The position numbers and the translations under genes were made by a program. Of a stretch of 64,000 bases of DNA, positions 14,139 to 27,200 are shown piece by piece (the first letter of the stretch is position 1; the number at the start of each line of letters is the position of its first letter). The DNA lies in the NCBI GenBank assembly GCA_951406725.2, contig OX597843.1, forward strand, positions 20,398,001 through 20,462,000, given 5' to 3'. The stretch is from Octopus vulgaris. Its lineage: Eukaryota. A model generated the notes under the pieces. It made no database searches. It saw only the letters and a program-made list of their open reading frames with translations, and was not told the DNA's origin.

Positions 14139-14561
14139 CAGATATATACACTTTGAATATATACATATTTATATATTTAAATATTTATATATAGATACAC
14201 ACACACACACATATATAAATTAACCCAATAAATATCTGTGAAAGCGATGTAGAACGTCGTTTGACGAATCGACGTTATATATAGAAAAAGTGATGGGAAG
14301 GGAGAAAATATTGAGTGAGTGAGGAAGACAGATACATAAAAGAATGGGAGTGGACTTGCCAAAGTGGGTTTTTGGCCCTGGCAACAACACCATTTAAAAT
14401 AGGGATTTCTAACGTAGTCCACTGGTGTCGTCACCGCATTCTACATGTCCCTGTACATTTTGGAGTCAATCCGACGGGACGTAGTGGCGTGAAAGCGGGC
14501 CAAGCGGTCGAGTCAAACAATCAAACAAACAAACTTTTCGCATTTCAGTTTTATAAATAGA
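14032..14561 (-). mobile_element. Complete short non-autonomous Helitron (Lep1-like ends)
   Basis: On the minus strand the 5' end reads A|TCTATTTATAAAACTGAAATGCGAAAAGTTTGTTTG. The 3' end has the hairpin ACCCGC-gcgtaga-GCGGGT followed by CTAG|T. Inserted in (TA)n. Confidence 0.8.
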
Positions 14562-14573
14562 TATATATATATA

Positions 14574-14756
14574 GGCGTAAGAATGTCTGTGCGGTAAGTA
14601 GCTTGCTTATGAACCACATGGTTCCGGCTTCAGTCCCACCGTGTGACACCTTAGACAAGTGTCTTCTGTTATAGCCTCGGGCCGACCAAAGACTTGTGAG
14701 TAGATTGGGTAGACGGAAACTGAAAGAAGCCCGTCGTATATAAGTGTATATATATG

Positions 14757-14788
<32 letters not shown>

Positions 14789-14978
14789 AGTGTGTGTGTG
14801 TGTGTCTGCGCGTGTGTGTGTGTGTGTATATGTTTGTGTGTCTTTGTTTGTCTCCCCAACATCTCTTGACAACCGATGCTGGTGTGTGTTCGTCCACGTA
14901 ACTTGGCGGTTCGGCAAAAGAAACCGATAGAATAAGTACTAGGCTTACAAAGAATAAGTCCTGGGGTCGATTTGATCG
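14574..14978 (+). repeat. tRNA-derived SINE with internal (TA)n(TG)n microsatellite
   Basis: Head tgtgcggtaagtagcttgct..ggttccggcttcagtccc; body gcctcgggccgaccaaag. Homologous to 17500-17930 and 59360-59600. Confidence 0.85.
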
Positions 14979-14979
14979 A

Positions 14980-16196
14980 TGTTTCTTTATCTCTCTCCCC
15001 TTAATGCCACTCTCGGTATAAAATTGATCAGTGTGTCCAATCTCATCAAAATCCGAAGAAAAATGGTAAGGTATATCATAAAACAGAATCCATGTGACCA
15101 TTTACACGAAAATATCCCATTGACATTTAAATCTTAGTACATTATATGAATAACAGATGTTTCATACGTCGAAGTGCTTAATTTTGCTCACGGTTCTTCA
15201 AAATCAGTCCATTATTTTATTGTGAATGTTTTGAGGATTTTTGCTTCTCGCTTGTTTAATTTTAAATCTTTTACATGTCTCCGACATTAAACTTTCCCTA
15301 AAAGTGAAAGCTCATCAAAATCGGATGAATTCTGTAAAAGTTACTGTTTAAATATTAATCCTATGGGTGATTGCATGCAAAAAGCCTATTGATTTCTTAA
15401 AATCTCCGCCTCACATGCAGTTATCGATTCTTTGTCAACACTTCATGCTGGCATCAACTAATACACATGAACTATAATCACGTATAAAATTACTACAAAA
15501 TCGATAAGAATGTGTCCAAGAAAATTCTTATTTCCATTTATACATATTTCAAGCCATTTTGAATTAAATAAGTACCTTTACCCTCTCCCCACCAAACATT
15601 TACCTATATCTCAAATTTCCTTAAAATCGGATAAAAAACATGAAATTTACGGCCAAAAAGTGGTATTTGCACTCTAAACACCTATTGATTTTAGAAAACC
15701 ACTGCCCTGGGGCAATTAGCGATTTTTTTCAACGTCATATGCTGGGATCAACTTATTGCCGTCAGTAAAAGCTGCAGGATAATAACATCGTTATGAGAAT
15801 ATGAAAGGTTACCGAACAAACTATTTAAAATGTCGCCATTGTTCTTAAATTACGTTTCACTTTTCGTTTGAAAAGAAAGAAAGTGTGGATTATAATGGTG
15901 GTCGCTGAATTCCCAAATTTTTCATTAAAAACTTTTTTAAATGCGTCGTTCAAAAGCATTGGCCAAAATCGGTACCGATTGGGATAGGGGATGTGAATAA
16001 AATCAACACACATTAAAACAATTTTTAAAGAGCTTCCTGCCATCATCTGCAACTTTGAGGTGAACAAAAAATGGAAAATCCTCACCAGAACGTAGAAAAG
16101 GTCTCTTATGAGGGAACGCTGTAGCAAAAGTATACCAAAATATTCTGTTGTGGGATTCGCTCGGCAACGAAGGGATATTTATCTCGAGTATATAGA
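14980..16196 (-). repeat. About 1.2 kb interspersed repeat with internal subrepeats, possibly a non-autonomous Helitron
   Basis: Homologous to 44990-46145 and 59600-60268. Repeated aaaatcggat and cctattgatt blocks. A|TCTATATAC lies at 16196 on the minus strand. Confidence 0.6.
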
Positions 16197-17499
16197 TATA
16201 TGCGTATGTGTGTGTAGGGAATGGCGTAGATACAATCCAGGCTACATAATCTTCATAGCTAAGAGAACCACGAAAGTAGCATATTATCCTAACATGGGGT
16301 ATACCACAAGCTACTCTTCAGTCAAAGGATATCTTGATTATGTGAAGTTTACATTCTCGTTAGAATCCCCGTGTAAACTTGTTGGGAATTTGATCAAAAT
16401 GCAAAGAAAGAATAGTTCGGGAGGAAAACAGTTGTGCTGAAGGAAAATGCAAATAAAATACAAGAAATCATATGTATAAGAATGAGAACGTTTGTTACTG
16501 ATTAAGGAGTGTACGAAGACAAGGTTTGATATGGAAATTGGCTGGCGAGTTGCTTTATGCACGTATTCCGGGGTCATTCACGGGTCCGTTGTAGGATAGA
16601 TAAGTAAACATATTGTAGCATTATATATAGCCATTTAAAACAGAATTATAGGATGAAGATATAGGTGTAGTATTTGAAGTGGATAGAGTGGTGTTTGAAG
16701 GAGAGAAATGCGGAAGATAGTGTATTTACGTTGTAAAATAGTAGACCACTGTTTGCTCGTCGAGTTGGTAGAACTAATTTGGCTTTAAAATCTAAGGACG
16801 GCGAGTGAAGTGGGAGATAGTAGTAGTAGTAGTAGCTTTCATCTGAGATTATTATGTGAGTGCGTATTAGTTCACACGCGCGTATATGGTGTGCGTCTGT
16901 AGAATCTAGTAGTTGTGTACGCGTGCCAGGGTCTTTGTATATTATCATATACTGAGGGATGTGTGTAGAGAGAGAAGAGTTAAGAAAATGTATGACGTAT
17001 AAACGATAAGGAAAACAGGTTGGGAATTAAAAAATGAAAGAATAAAATGTTTAGGAAATGTTTACCAATATGTATGCAGAATAATATTGACATAACTATA
17101 ATAATTCTATGATATATTGATTGTAAAATTAATATACTTATATCTTTCATAAACATCTTTTATATATTATATTTATATTCTATATTTTATTTTTCATATA
17201 CTATCTGTTGTGAATAGCAGAATACACCTAATCTAATATTAATAATAATAATATTAGTAATAACTGAATATTATATGTACATATGGATGTAGATGTGTAT
17301 GTATGTTTCAGTATATATTTATATATATAGAGTGGATGTATACTCACAACATGAGGGCTAAACAGCGGTGGTGTAATTCCCTTACGGGACAGTTACGTTA
17401 TGTTGACAGTATACAACCACACCTTCGCTCCACCACCGCTCATGACTCTTCGAGACATTTAGAAATTTAATATTTCTGATATATATATGTATATATATA

Positions 17500-17739
17500 C
17501 TCTTTTACTCTTTTACTTGTTTCAGTCATTTGACTGCGGCCATGCTGGTGCACCGCCTTTAATCGAGCAACTCGACCCCGGGACTTATTCTTTGTAAGCC
17601 CAGTACTTATTGCATTGGTCTCTTTTGCCGAACCGCTAATTGAGGGGACATAATCATACGAGCACTGGTTGTCAAGCGATGTTGGGGGGACAAACACAGA
17701 CATACAAACACACGCGCGTACACACACACACACACAGAC

Positions 17740-17770
<31 letters not shown>

Positions 17771-17930
17771 CATATATACGTCGGGCTTCTTTCAGTTTCC
17801 ATCTACCAAATACACTCACAAGGCTTTGGTCGGCCCGAGGCTATAGTAGAAGACACTCACCCAAGGTGCCACGCAGTGGACTGAACCCGGAACCATGTGG
17901 TTGGTAAATAAGCTACTTGCCACACAGCCA
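17500..17930 (-). repeat. tRNA-derived SINE, near full length
   Basis: Reverse complement of the 14574 family: tggctgtgtggcaagtagct..ggttccgggttcagtcc, with a (gagtaaaa)n-like tail. Confidence 0.85.
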
Positions 17931-17965
17931 CTATATATATATATAATTATGTATAACCATATATG

Positions 17966-18073
<108 letters not shown>

Positions 18074-18629
18074 TTATGTATAACCATATATGTGTGTATG
18101 TATGTATGTATGTATATATATTTATGTACATGAAGCCCACTTACAACTGCAGCCGTCTATTACCAGCAAAGGTTTTAGTTGCCAATTTGGTACAAGACAT
18201 TGTAGATCTTTAGCTGGGCCAAAAAGTCACATTCGATCACAGAACCAGTAACAGTTAAGCTTCGTGTAATGGCCATACTCGATAACGAGGGAGCAGCCAT
18301 AATATATATATATATATTCAAATGTGTGTATTTTGTTTATTTTATATTCATGTTTATAATTATTATTGTACTTGATAATCTCTGAGGAACCCTGGAGATA
18401 TATACAAGTACCTCATTGTCATCTGCCTATTACCTCAATACACTTGATTAATAAAGGCAGAATGAGATACTTTTATCTATGGGCTGAAACAGCTGCAAGT
18501 TATTTTACTAATTTATATTCATGTTGTTCAATAATTACTTGTATCCTTTTCTTATATGCTATATGTATGTATGTTATTATAATTATGTATGTTATTATAA
18601 TTAGTTTAGTGTTCGATTCGACAGTCTTC

Positions 18630-21600
18630 CGGCAGCTCCTGCAACCAAGCTGGTGCCAAACGTAATGCTCTGCACTCCTTTGGACTACATCAGCAAGGTC
18701 GAGAGAAGAATCCTGACGATTGGGCTACCCGGGATTTTCTTATTTCTAGCCCAGGCCTGCGCAAAACTGGAGAAGACACTTCAGTGCTGCTGTAAAAAGT
18801 GGCAGAAAAAATACGGGAGGTAACAGTCACGAGTGATAAGTTCATTCAAATTGGCGTAAGATATGGGCGCTACGGGTCACCTCTGACGGTGGGAGGGACC
18901 TCCGTGTCCCATTGGTTTGCGACTGCCCACCTCAAGCTGGGCAGCCCCCAGTTAATAAGTTACTGACCCGCCACAGGCCGCCTGCTTCATTGGGTGCTTG
19001 GAGCTAAGAATTTGACTTGAAAAACGGCCTGCAGCCTCTGCACCAGGCCAGCAGCTAAAAGACAAGAAACCACCCGTCCTGCGGTTAGCAAACTGGAATG
19101 CCAGGACTACGTGCCCTGGAATATCTGATGATCTACTCAGGGTTGAAGACACAAGAAAGACAGCCATCATTAACCGTGAACAAAACAGGCTTAACATAGA
19201 CATTGCTGGGCTGCAGGAGCCAAGACTCCCTTCAAACGGGAAAGTCAAAGAACAGGATTTCACCTTCTACTGAGCATCTATGCTCCCACTCTCTACAGCC
19301 CAGAGGAGACCAAGGACCAGTTCTACAAAGATCTCAACTGTGTCATTAAAAATATACCAACAAATGAAAACATCTACCTTCTAGGAGATTCGTGGCCCAT
19401 TTGTGTTGGACACCTTGATATTGACAACATGAATGACAATGGTCAGAGGCTACTTGAATTTTGCACATACCATGTGCATCACTAACACATTCTTTGCCAA
19501 CAAGACATCACACAAGGCATTTTGGAGAAATCCAAGATCTCACCACAGGCATCAGATGGATCTCATCATTGCACGAAGATCCTTTCTGAATTCTGTTCAC
19601 CTGACCCGTAGTTACCACACTGATCACTCACTAATTGGAAGCATGGTGATGATCCTGCCTAAAAAAGTCCATCACTCCAAGAAAATGGGCTGACCACGCA
19701 TTAACACTGCTAGAATCTCGGATCCTACACAGCGAAAATGTTTTGCTGTTTCTATCAAGGTTGCCCTCAGTAGCTGCCCAACCTCCTCTGCTGAAATTAG
19801 GTGGAATTATATCAGGGAAGCTTTGTATACCACATCAATAGATACTTTCGGCATGAGAGAAAGGCAAAACCCAGATTGGTTCAGTGCTGGGCTCTCAGAG
19901 CTGGAACCAGTTATCGAAGCAAAGCGTGCAGCTCTGATGCAATACAAGAGTGATTCTTCTCCAAAATCACTCGATGAAATCTGAAAGGCAAAAAATATAA
20001 CCCAACTGACAGCCAGACACTGTGCAAATAGGTATTTGGCAGGAAATCTGTCAGAGTATCCAGTCAGCTGCCGACAGTGGCGACACCCGGTGGGTGTATG
20101 CCGGTTTGAAGAAGGACCCTCGGCCCATCCGCAACCAAGTCAGCCCCTCTGAAATCAACTACTGGATATCTCATCAAGGACCAAAGCAAGAAAATGGACA
20201 GATGGGTGGAGTACTACCAGGTTCTCTACTCACGGGAGACCACGGTAGCTGAGGCTGCAATCGAGAATGTCAAGATCTTGCAAGTCATGTGAGAACTTCA
20301 CAGTCCACATCTATAGCAGAGCTCAACAAGGCTATTGACTCCCTAGCAAGTAACAAGGCTCCGGGAAAAGACGGCATCCACTCAGAGATAATCAAAGCCG
20401 GCTAAAACACCATCCTGCTTCGGCACCATCATGAGCTTCTGTGTCAGTGCTGGGAAGAGCGTACAGTTCCTCAAGATATGCGGGATGCTAACATCATTAC
20501 GCTTTACAAAAACAAAGGTGACTGTGGTGATTGTAACAATTATCGTGGAATATCTCTTCCACGCACTGTTGGAAAGACCTTTGCTCACGTTATCCTGCCC
20601 AGGGTACAACTGATTGCTTCTCGAATTTATCCGAAATTGCTGTGTGGCTTTAGAAAGAGCAGGTCAACTATTGACATGATATTCTCCATACGCCAACTTC
20701 AGGAGAAGTCCAGAGAGCAGAAAATACCATTCTATATGGCCTTCATTGGTAAGTAGAAAAGGCCTCTTCATCCTACTCCAAAAAATTGGATGTCCACCAA
20801 AGCTGCTGAGGATCATCAAGTCTTTCCATGATGATATGCAAGGCAACATACAGCACAATGGTTCAACAACAGCCGCCTTCCAAATAAAAAACGAAGTAAA
20901 GCAAGGTTGTGTCCTTGTTCCTACATTGGCATCTTCTTCTCGCTATTGCTCTCACATGCCTTTCAGACATCAGATGATGGAGTGTTTCTGCAGAGTAGAA
21001 GTGACGGGAAACTGTTCAATCTCTCACGCCTGCGTGGCAAGACCAAAATCAGAAGCGTCCTGCTCAGGGAAATGCTATTTGCTGATGATGCCGCTCTGGT
21101 ATCACACACAGAAGAAGCCCTACAAAGGCTCATCAGCTGTTGTGAGCAGGCATGTAACGATTTTGGCTTAGCTATCAGCCTCAAGAAGACCAACATCATG
21201 GGTCAGGCTACACCGGACATCCCAAACATACATATTGGAGACCACAGATTACAGGAGGTGGAGACGTTTACCTATCTTGGCTCTACCGTCACCTACAACC
21301 TATCCCTTGATGTTGAGCTCAATATACGCATTGGCAAAGCATCTGCTGTGATGGCCCAACTCTCGAAACGAGCATGGGTCAACATTAAGCTGACCAAGAA
21401 CACAAAAATGAAGATTTACCAGGCATGTGTACTTAGCACTATACTGTATGGAAGTGAGACTTGGACGCCATTCACACGCCAAGAGCGTCGCCTAAATAAC
21501 TTTCACCTGCGCAGCCTCTGGAAAAGCATTCGCATCAAATAGCAGAATCATGTCCCCAACAAAGATGTCCTCAAGCAAGCAGGAATACTAAGCATGTTTG

Positions 21601-22084
21601 CACTCCTCACACGTATGAGATGGCTTGGACATGTTAGCCGTATTCAAGATGGCAGAATCCCCAAGGACATACTCTACGGAGAGCTTGATAGGGGCACTAG
21701 GTCTGCGGGTAGACCGTTCTTACGATACAAGGATGTTTGCCAAAGGGACATGAAGGCCTGAAACATTAATATTAGCAACTAGGAAGTAGTTGTCAGCAAA
21801 CGTGGAGATTGGGGCGTTCCGTAAAAGAGGGAATACAAAGTAGTAGGAGAGAGAAGGAGAAATGGAAAGACAAGAAAAGACGTCAACAAGAAACTATGAC
21901 ATTACAACCAGCCAGAAAAAGTATTCGCTACATTTGCGGCACCTGCCAGAGGAAGTGTTTGTCCAGGATAGGACTACACAGCCATAGCAGGAAATGTATT
22001 AGGACATGAAATGTAAAAAGCCGGACTAGATTATTTTATGCGCAACTCCATTGTCTCCCGAGACAAAAAAGATGCCAACAACAA
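18630..22084 (+). mobile_element. RTE-clade LINE, near full length, decayed
   Basis: Motifs WNART, LQEPRL, NYRGISL, CGFRKSRSTIDMIF, VKQGCVL, LFADD, YLGS, LYGSETW and C-terminal CGTCQRKCLSRIGLHSH. 3' stem ttgtctcccgagacaa followed by a (CAA)n tail. Confidence 0.92.
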
Positions 22085-22177
22085 TTATAATTGTCAGTTT
22101 AATAAATAAATAAGTTAACATTTATAATGTCCTAAAGTTGATGAGCCAACTATTGTTCTCCTCCATTTTCTTATTTG

Positions 22178-22241
<64 letters not shown>

Positions 22242-22517
22242 ATATAAAGTTATATCTTGAGTGACAACAACGCTCAAGATATACAACGGACTGGAAATAG
22301 AAGTGCTCTAATGAGCTGTATACACTTTTTTTATATCCGAGGGAGGCAATGCGAGCAACAACTACAGGAACATCGCAAAATCCACAGAAACACCAAATAC
22401 ATACAAATCGTCATATACTCATTTATATCTCTAAAGACCGACGTTTAAAAATTCAAAAATTTAGTAATGTATAAATATATCGTATACAAATATAAATTTT
22501 GCATATAACACCATGAA

Positions 22518-24265
22518 TCTACGGAGTGGCAACGGCTTGAAATACGTATTGCAGCCGGATGCACGATATCAGTAGTGATAGTCATGGAAATACTACTCAG
22601 ATCTACAAACTGTGAGAAAGCTGTTACTAAGACACCATTAAGGGCTTTTATGGACGACATAACTATATTATCGTAAATATAGAGAAGAAGCAGAGGGAAC
22701 GGTAGAGCGGTTGGACGAACTGATTGGATGGGCAAGGATGAAATTCAAAGCCAAAAACTCTCGAAGCGTGACTTTCGTGAAAGGAAGGCAAGAAGTGAAA
22801 TTCAGGATAGGAAGTGAAGGCATACCAACGGTTAAAGAACAACCAGTAAAGAGTCTCGGCAGATGATCTATAAAGATTTATTAAATGATTAGAAGCAAGG
22901 GAAAGAAACGCACGAGTTAGTAGAACAAGGATTAAAGGCAATTGACAGAACAACGCTGCCGGGAAAATTCAAATGTTGGATACTGCAATTTGGTCTGTCC
23001 CCAAGAATAATGTGGCCATTGCAAACGTACGAAATAGCCTCGAGTAGAATAGAAAGGATGGAGCAAAGATGCAGTGTGTTTATCAGAAAATGGCTTGGTC
23101 TGCCGAAACCACTGAATACAACTGCACTATATGGAAAAGCCGTGCTGCAATTACCAATAACATCAATCGCCGAAGAATATAAGGCAGGAAAGGCAAGGAC
23201 AGTAATGATGCTAAGGTATTCAAAAGATCAGAGCATCCGGGAAAACCCTTCAAAGGTACGAACAGGGAGGAAATGGAAGGCGGAAGAGGCAGTAAACAGG
23301 GTTATCGGAAACCTAAAGCACGCAGATATAGTCGGAGTGACGCAAGAAGCTACAACCAGCCTAGGGTCGCAAAATTTCCGGCCATTTTGCAAGAGCAGTG
23401 TAAAAGAGATGAAAGAGGCATTGGTATACGAAGTGAGAAAGGAGGAAGAAGAAAGGCGAAATGTACATTTTGTGCGATGCAGTTAAAATGGACAATGCCT
23501 GAGATGGGAGGAATATGTGATCAACCGCAGAATATCATGGAAGGAACTTTGGGCTTGGGAACAAGCAAGAACATCCTTCCTGATCAAGTCTACCTTCGAC
23601 GTTCTACCTTTACCGGCGAACTTAGTCCGGTGGAACATAAACAAAATTGATGAGTGTAGATGCGGAGAGAAAGCGACGGTTAGACATGTTCTGTCAAGTT
23701 GCAGACTAGCACTTGAAAGAAATACTTGGCAGCATAATCAAGTCCTCAGCGTCATAAGCGCAGCACTCAAGGAGAAGATCGAGAGGTACAATAGGGGAGA
23801 GTACCCAAAAGTAGAAAAGCGCAGGAAAGTATAAACACGCCGACGGGAAATAACATCAATAGGTGAGACTGGCTGACTGAATCAGCTTCGCTGACTGACA
23901 GGTGATGGTCGTTTAGAAAAAGCGCGGGCTAAAACTACGCGCCTTCTCTAGTCAGTTAAGGTGAGACAGTGTCATGTGACAAGTAGCTGGGGCTATGTGG
24001 CAGGTATTTAAAGGGAGAAATTTGACAAGACAGTCAGTCACCGGCTGACACTCGCTGACGATACATCGAAGAGGCCAGGGAAAAGAAGAACGAAGACATG
24101 TACCCAACACCAGAGCTGAAGACACCTCCGAAAGGGGGTTCCCGCCACGTCAAAACGGTAGAGGAGTAAGGGCTGAAACCGGACGTGGTTCCTCCTGATG
24201 ATGTCTTGAGCTAACTGGATCCTATAAAGGAGCTGTTGGGGTAGCAGACCACGAAACACGGTTGT
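22518..24265 (+). mobile_element. Hero-clade RLE non-LTR retrotransposon fragment with 3' end
   Basis: Motifs IAAGCTIS, AFMDD, IPTVKEQPVKSLG, LPGKFKCW, GRKWKAEE, FLIKSTFDVLP.P.NL and CRCG..RHVLSSC..W.HNQVL. The RLE domain is missing. The 3' tail resembles 55887-56058. Confidence 0.82.
24119..24207 (+). ncRNA. Permuted/pseudoknotted hammerhead-like ribozyme (Hero 3' end, copy A)
   Basis: CGGUA (24156-60) pairs with GAAACCG (24175-81). GAGGA (24161-65) pairs with UCCUC (24190-94), followed by CUGAUGA (24195-201). Extra helix GCCACGUC/GACGUGGU; closing helix AAGACA/UGUCUU. Confidence 0.65.
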
Positions 24266-24279
24266 TATTCCTAAGTATA

Positions 24280-27200
24280 AATTTGTTACAATAAGAGAAA
24301 TAAATAGAATAATAATAAATAAAAATAAAGCATACAATGGCAAATTAAAAGACGAATTAAAATTCTAGCTAAATGTACATAGAAGATAATAATTATACAA
24401 TTTAAAAAAATACAAGTTTACAAAGATACAGAGAAGTCCCTCTACGGGCCGTTTCGGAGACGCGCCTATTAATATTAGTCAAATCATATACTTAAAATTG
24501 GCACACCCCTCATCAGGATGTCCTATACATACAACACATAGTAAACGTGAACAAATACACAATTACATACCGGCCATATTCAGAAACGAGACATTACGTA
24601 CTCCCAGAAATTTTTCTCCGATCCTGAATGCTATTTTATATGCATATAATTCGATCCAGCAGCCATAGTAAATGATATGCACACAGCGCCATCTGGACCA
24701 TTTCACTTCTGCACTTATTTTATTTTATTTTTCTTCAATCTTATAAGTTCTCACATACATGCAAAGCCACATATTCGGGTTCAAGTCCTTGACCCTTTTT
24801 ATACTAATAGCTATTTTTTCTTTTAATAATTACATTATACTTTAGTTTTATTTCATTCACTTCTTACTATGCTTACTAAATTTAATTCAATTGTTATCGC
24901 TTAGCTCTAACTTTTATTGCTATTTCTATTTCTAAATTTCTTATAGAACGTCGAGTGGATCTTATGCGTACACGCCGGTATTGCATCAGTGAACTTATTT
25001 AACACTGCGTTGTTGTAATTTTTCAATATAGTATATGCTTCCCTTATGCATAAACCGCATCTAGTGGACCCAATTCTATAAGGGGAGGCATGCGCAAGGA
25101 TAGCCCATGATATTTTAAATTCAACATCCCTTTCCTTAAGGTCATTAACATGTAATGCCAATGTTGTAGAGGTCCTATATTTAGGATTGTTGAAAGAGCT
25201 CAGGTGGGACCGATACCTATGCTTAAAGTCTACTGTGCTTCCAATATATATTTTTCTCTGGCCTCCTTGAGCCTCAACACTACGGTTTCCTGGCGACAAT
25301 TTCCGCTAATCGGACATACTGATGAGCCCCCTACAATTACATTTCTTCAACCTGCTACGGGGTCTCGTATTACTGATCACTCCGAAACCATGCCCCCTCC
25401 CAGTACTAGGATCCACCATATCATTTACACCATCGTTCCTACTATTTTCCGGTATATGTATTGTTATATGTATATGTATTATTATTCTTACTATTACCAT
25501 CATTCTTATTTTTATTTTTATTTTTACTAATATTTGTATTACCATTATCACTACAATTAACACTATTATTACCACCCTGATAATCATTATAATCACTAAT
25601 ATCATCACCAACATCATTATTATGATTATCTCTACTATTTGTCATTCCAATACGCCCTTCATAATCGATTTCAGAAGACGTACTATTAATATTACTACTA
25701 TCTTCTATGTCCTTAATGAATTTTCCATTAAAGCTTCTGTCATCATTTCTATCATTATAGCGCCTTATTTTACTTCTGTTCAACGAAGCAACAATAGATC
25801 CGACATTGGGAGTGTCTGAGTAGGCCACCTTGATTGTTGACTTGTTACATATTGAATAGTACTTATGGTGTTTTGGGATATTTTCCTTCAATAACTTTAA
25901 AAATAGCTTTGGTAAACCTTTCACCCTTAATGAAAAGGGAGAGGCAAACCAAGTAACTTGACGAATCCTAGACTTAGTATTAATAATGGGATTACAATAT
26001 GTTGCTTGACTTGACGTAAGGCCATTCTGTATCTATTAGTAATATTTATATTTTTATTTTTACTACTATTAGTATTATTCTTATTCCTATTTTCACCTTC
26101 ACTAGACCTAAGCCCAACTTTAAACCTCAATTCACATTTATGACTCCTATTATTTGCAACCCCTTCCCTCCCGTTGCTGTTATCATCCATGGTATTTTCA
26201 TCATTACAATTCTCATTATTAACCTTATTAACGTGGTTACCATTTACAAAACCAACCACATCACATTTATTTCTCTTATTTCCAAATCTCATTTTATCAG
26301 CATAAATATTGGTCATTATCAGCTTGTTGCGAGTTCCTTGGGGATCATGAGGGGAGCCTCTGCTATCCGAAATCCGTTTCATACCGTCGCTGACCATGCT
26401 GGCCAATTTAATTTTTAATTTTGTATTGTGTATGTATTCAATATTATTTGTGAACCCACTCAATTTTAAGGCATTGTTGTATATTGGGGCGTGTTGATTA
26501 AAGATGTTTTTCTTCGCCGATAGGTTTGAGATTCTGATAGAAATTGCAGTTATAATGCTATTGATGGTTGATTTGGGATGATTTGAGGAAACATTGATAT
26601 ATCGGAAAGTTTGGTTTGGTTTTCGGAAAGGGTAGTGTAAGCTAGTATTCAGATAGAGAGTAATATCGAAGAAATTTGCCACTTTAGGATTATTCTCAAA
26701 AACGATGCTCAAATTATAAACGTCCTTGAGAGATTCTCTAAAGTCCTACTTCATTCTTTCAATCTGAGGATTTGAATGATTAGAGAAGATGGATAATGCG
26801 TCATCCCAATAAATCCCTTCGGATAGAGATTGGAAAAACCGCTTAAACTTGTCTAACCAAAATAGACCAACAATATCCGTTACTTGAGCCGAGTCCGATG
26901 ATCCCATAGTGATGTCGAATAAAATAAAAGAATGCGATTTAGACCAGTGGTGCTTTCCATAATTTATCAGAGTCATTCTTGCTGCTTGAATAATATCAAT
27001 ATCTAGATTCGATATTTCAACAAAGTTCCCGGCTAAAATTATTGCTTTATTCAGTAAGATAGGAGAGATCAAGGAGTTGTAATTCGAAATATCAAATTGT
27101 ACAAATGAAGATGAGTCAGCACATTTAATTGTGTGAAACCTATATAAAACATCATTGGTAGATTCCCATAAGGGCAACATCGTCCTTTCACTTATCACTG

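Noticed and set aside
18630-18955. HDV-like ribozyme in the RTE 5' UTR
   Set aside because: GC-rich hairpins are present, but I could not assign the nested double pseudoknot by eye.
25319-25331. CTGATGAGCCCC resembling a hammerhead core
   Set aside because: It is antisense to the PLE zinc-linker coding sequence, with no matching stem II-GAAA-NUH.
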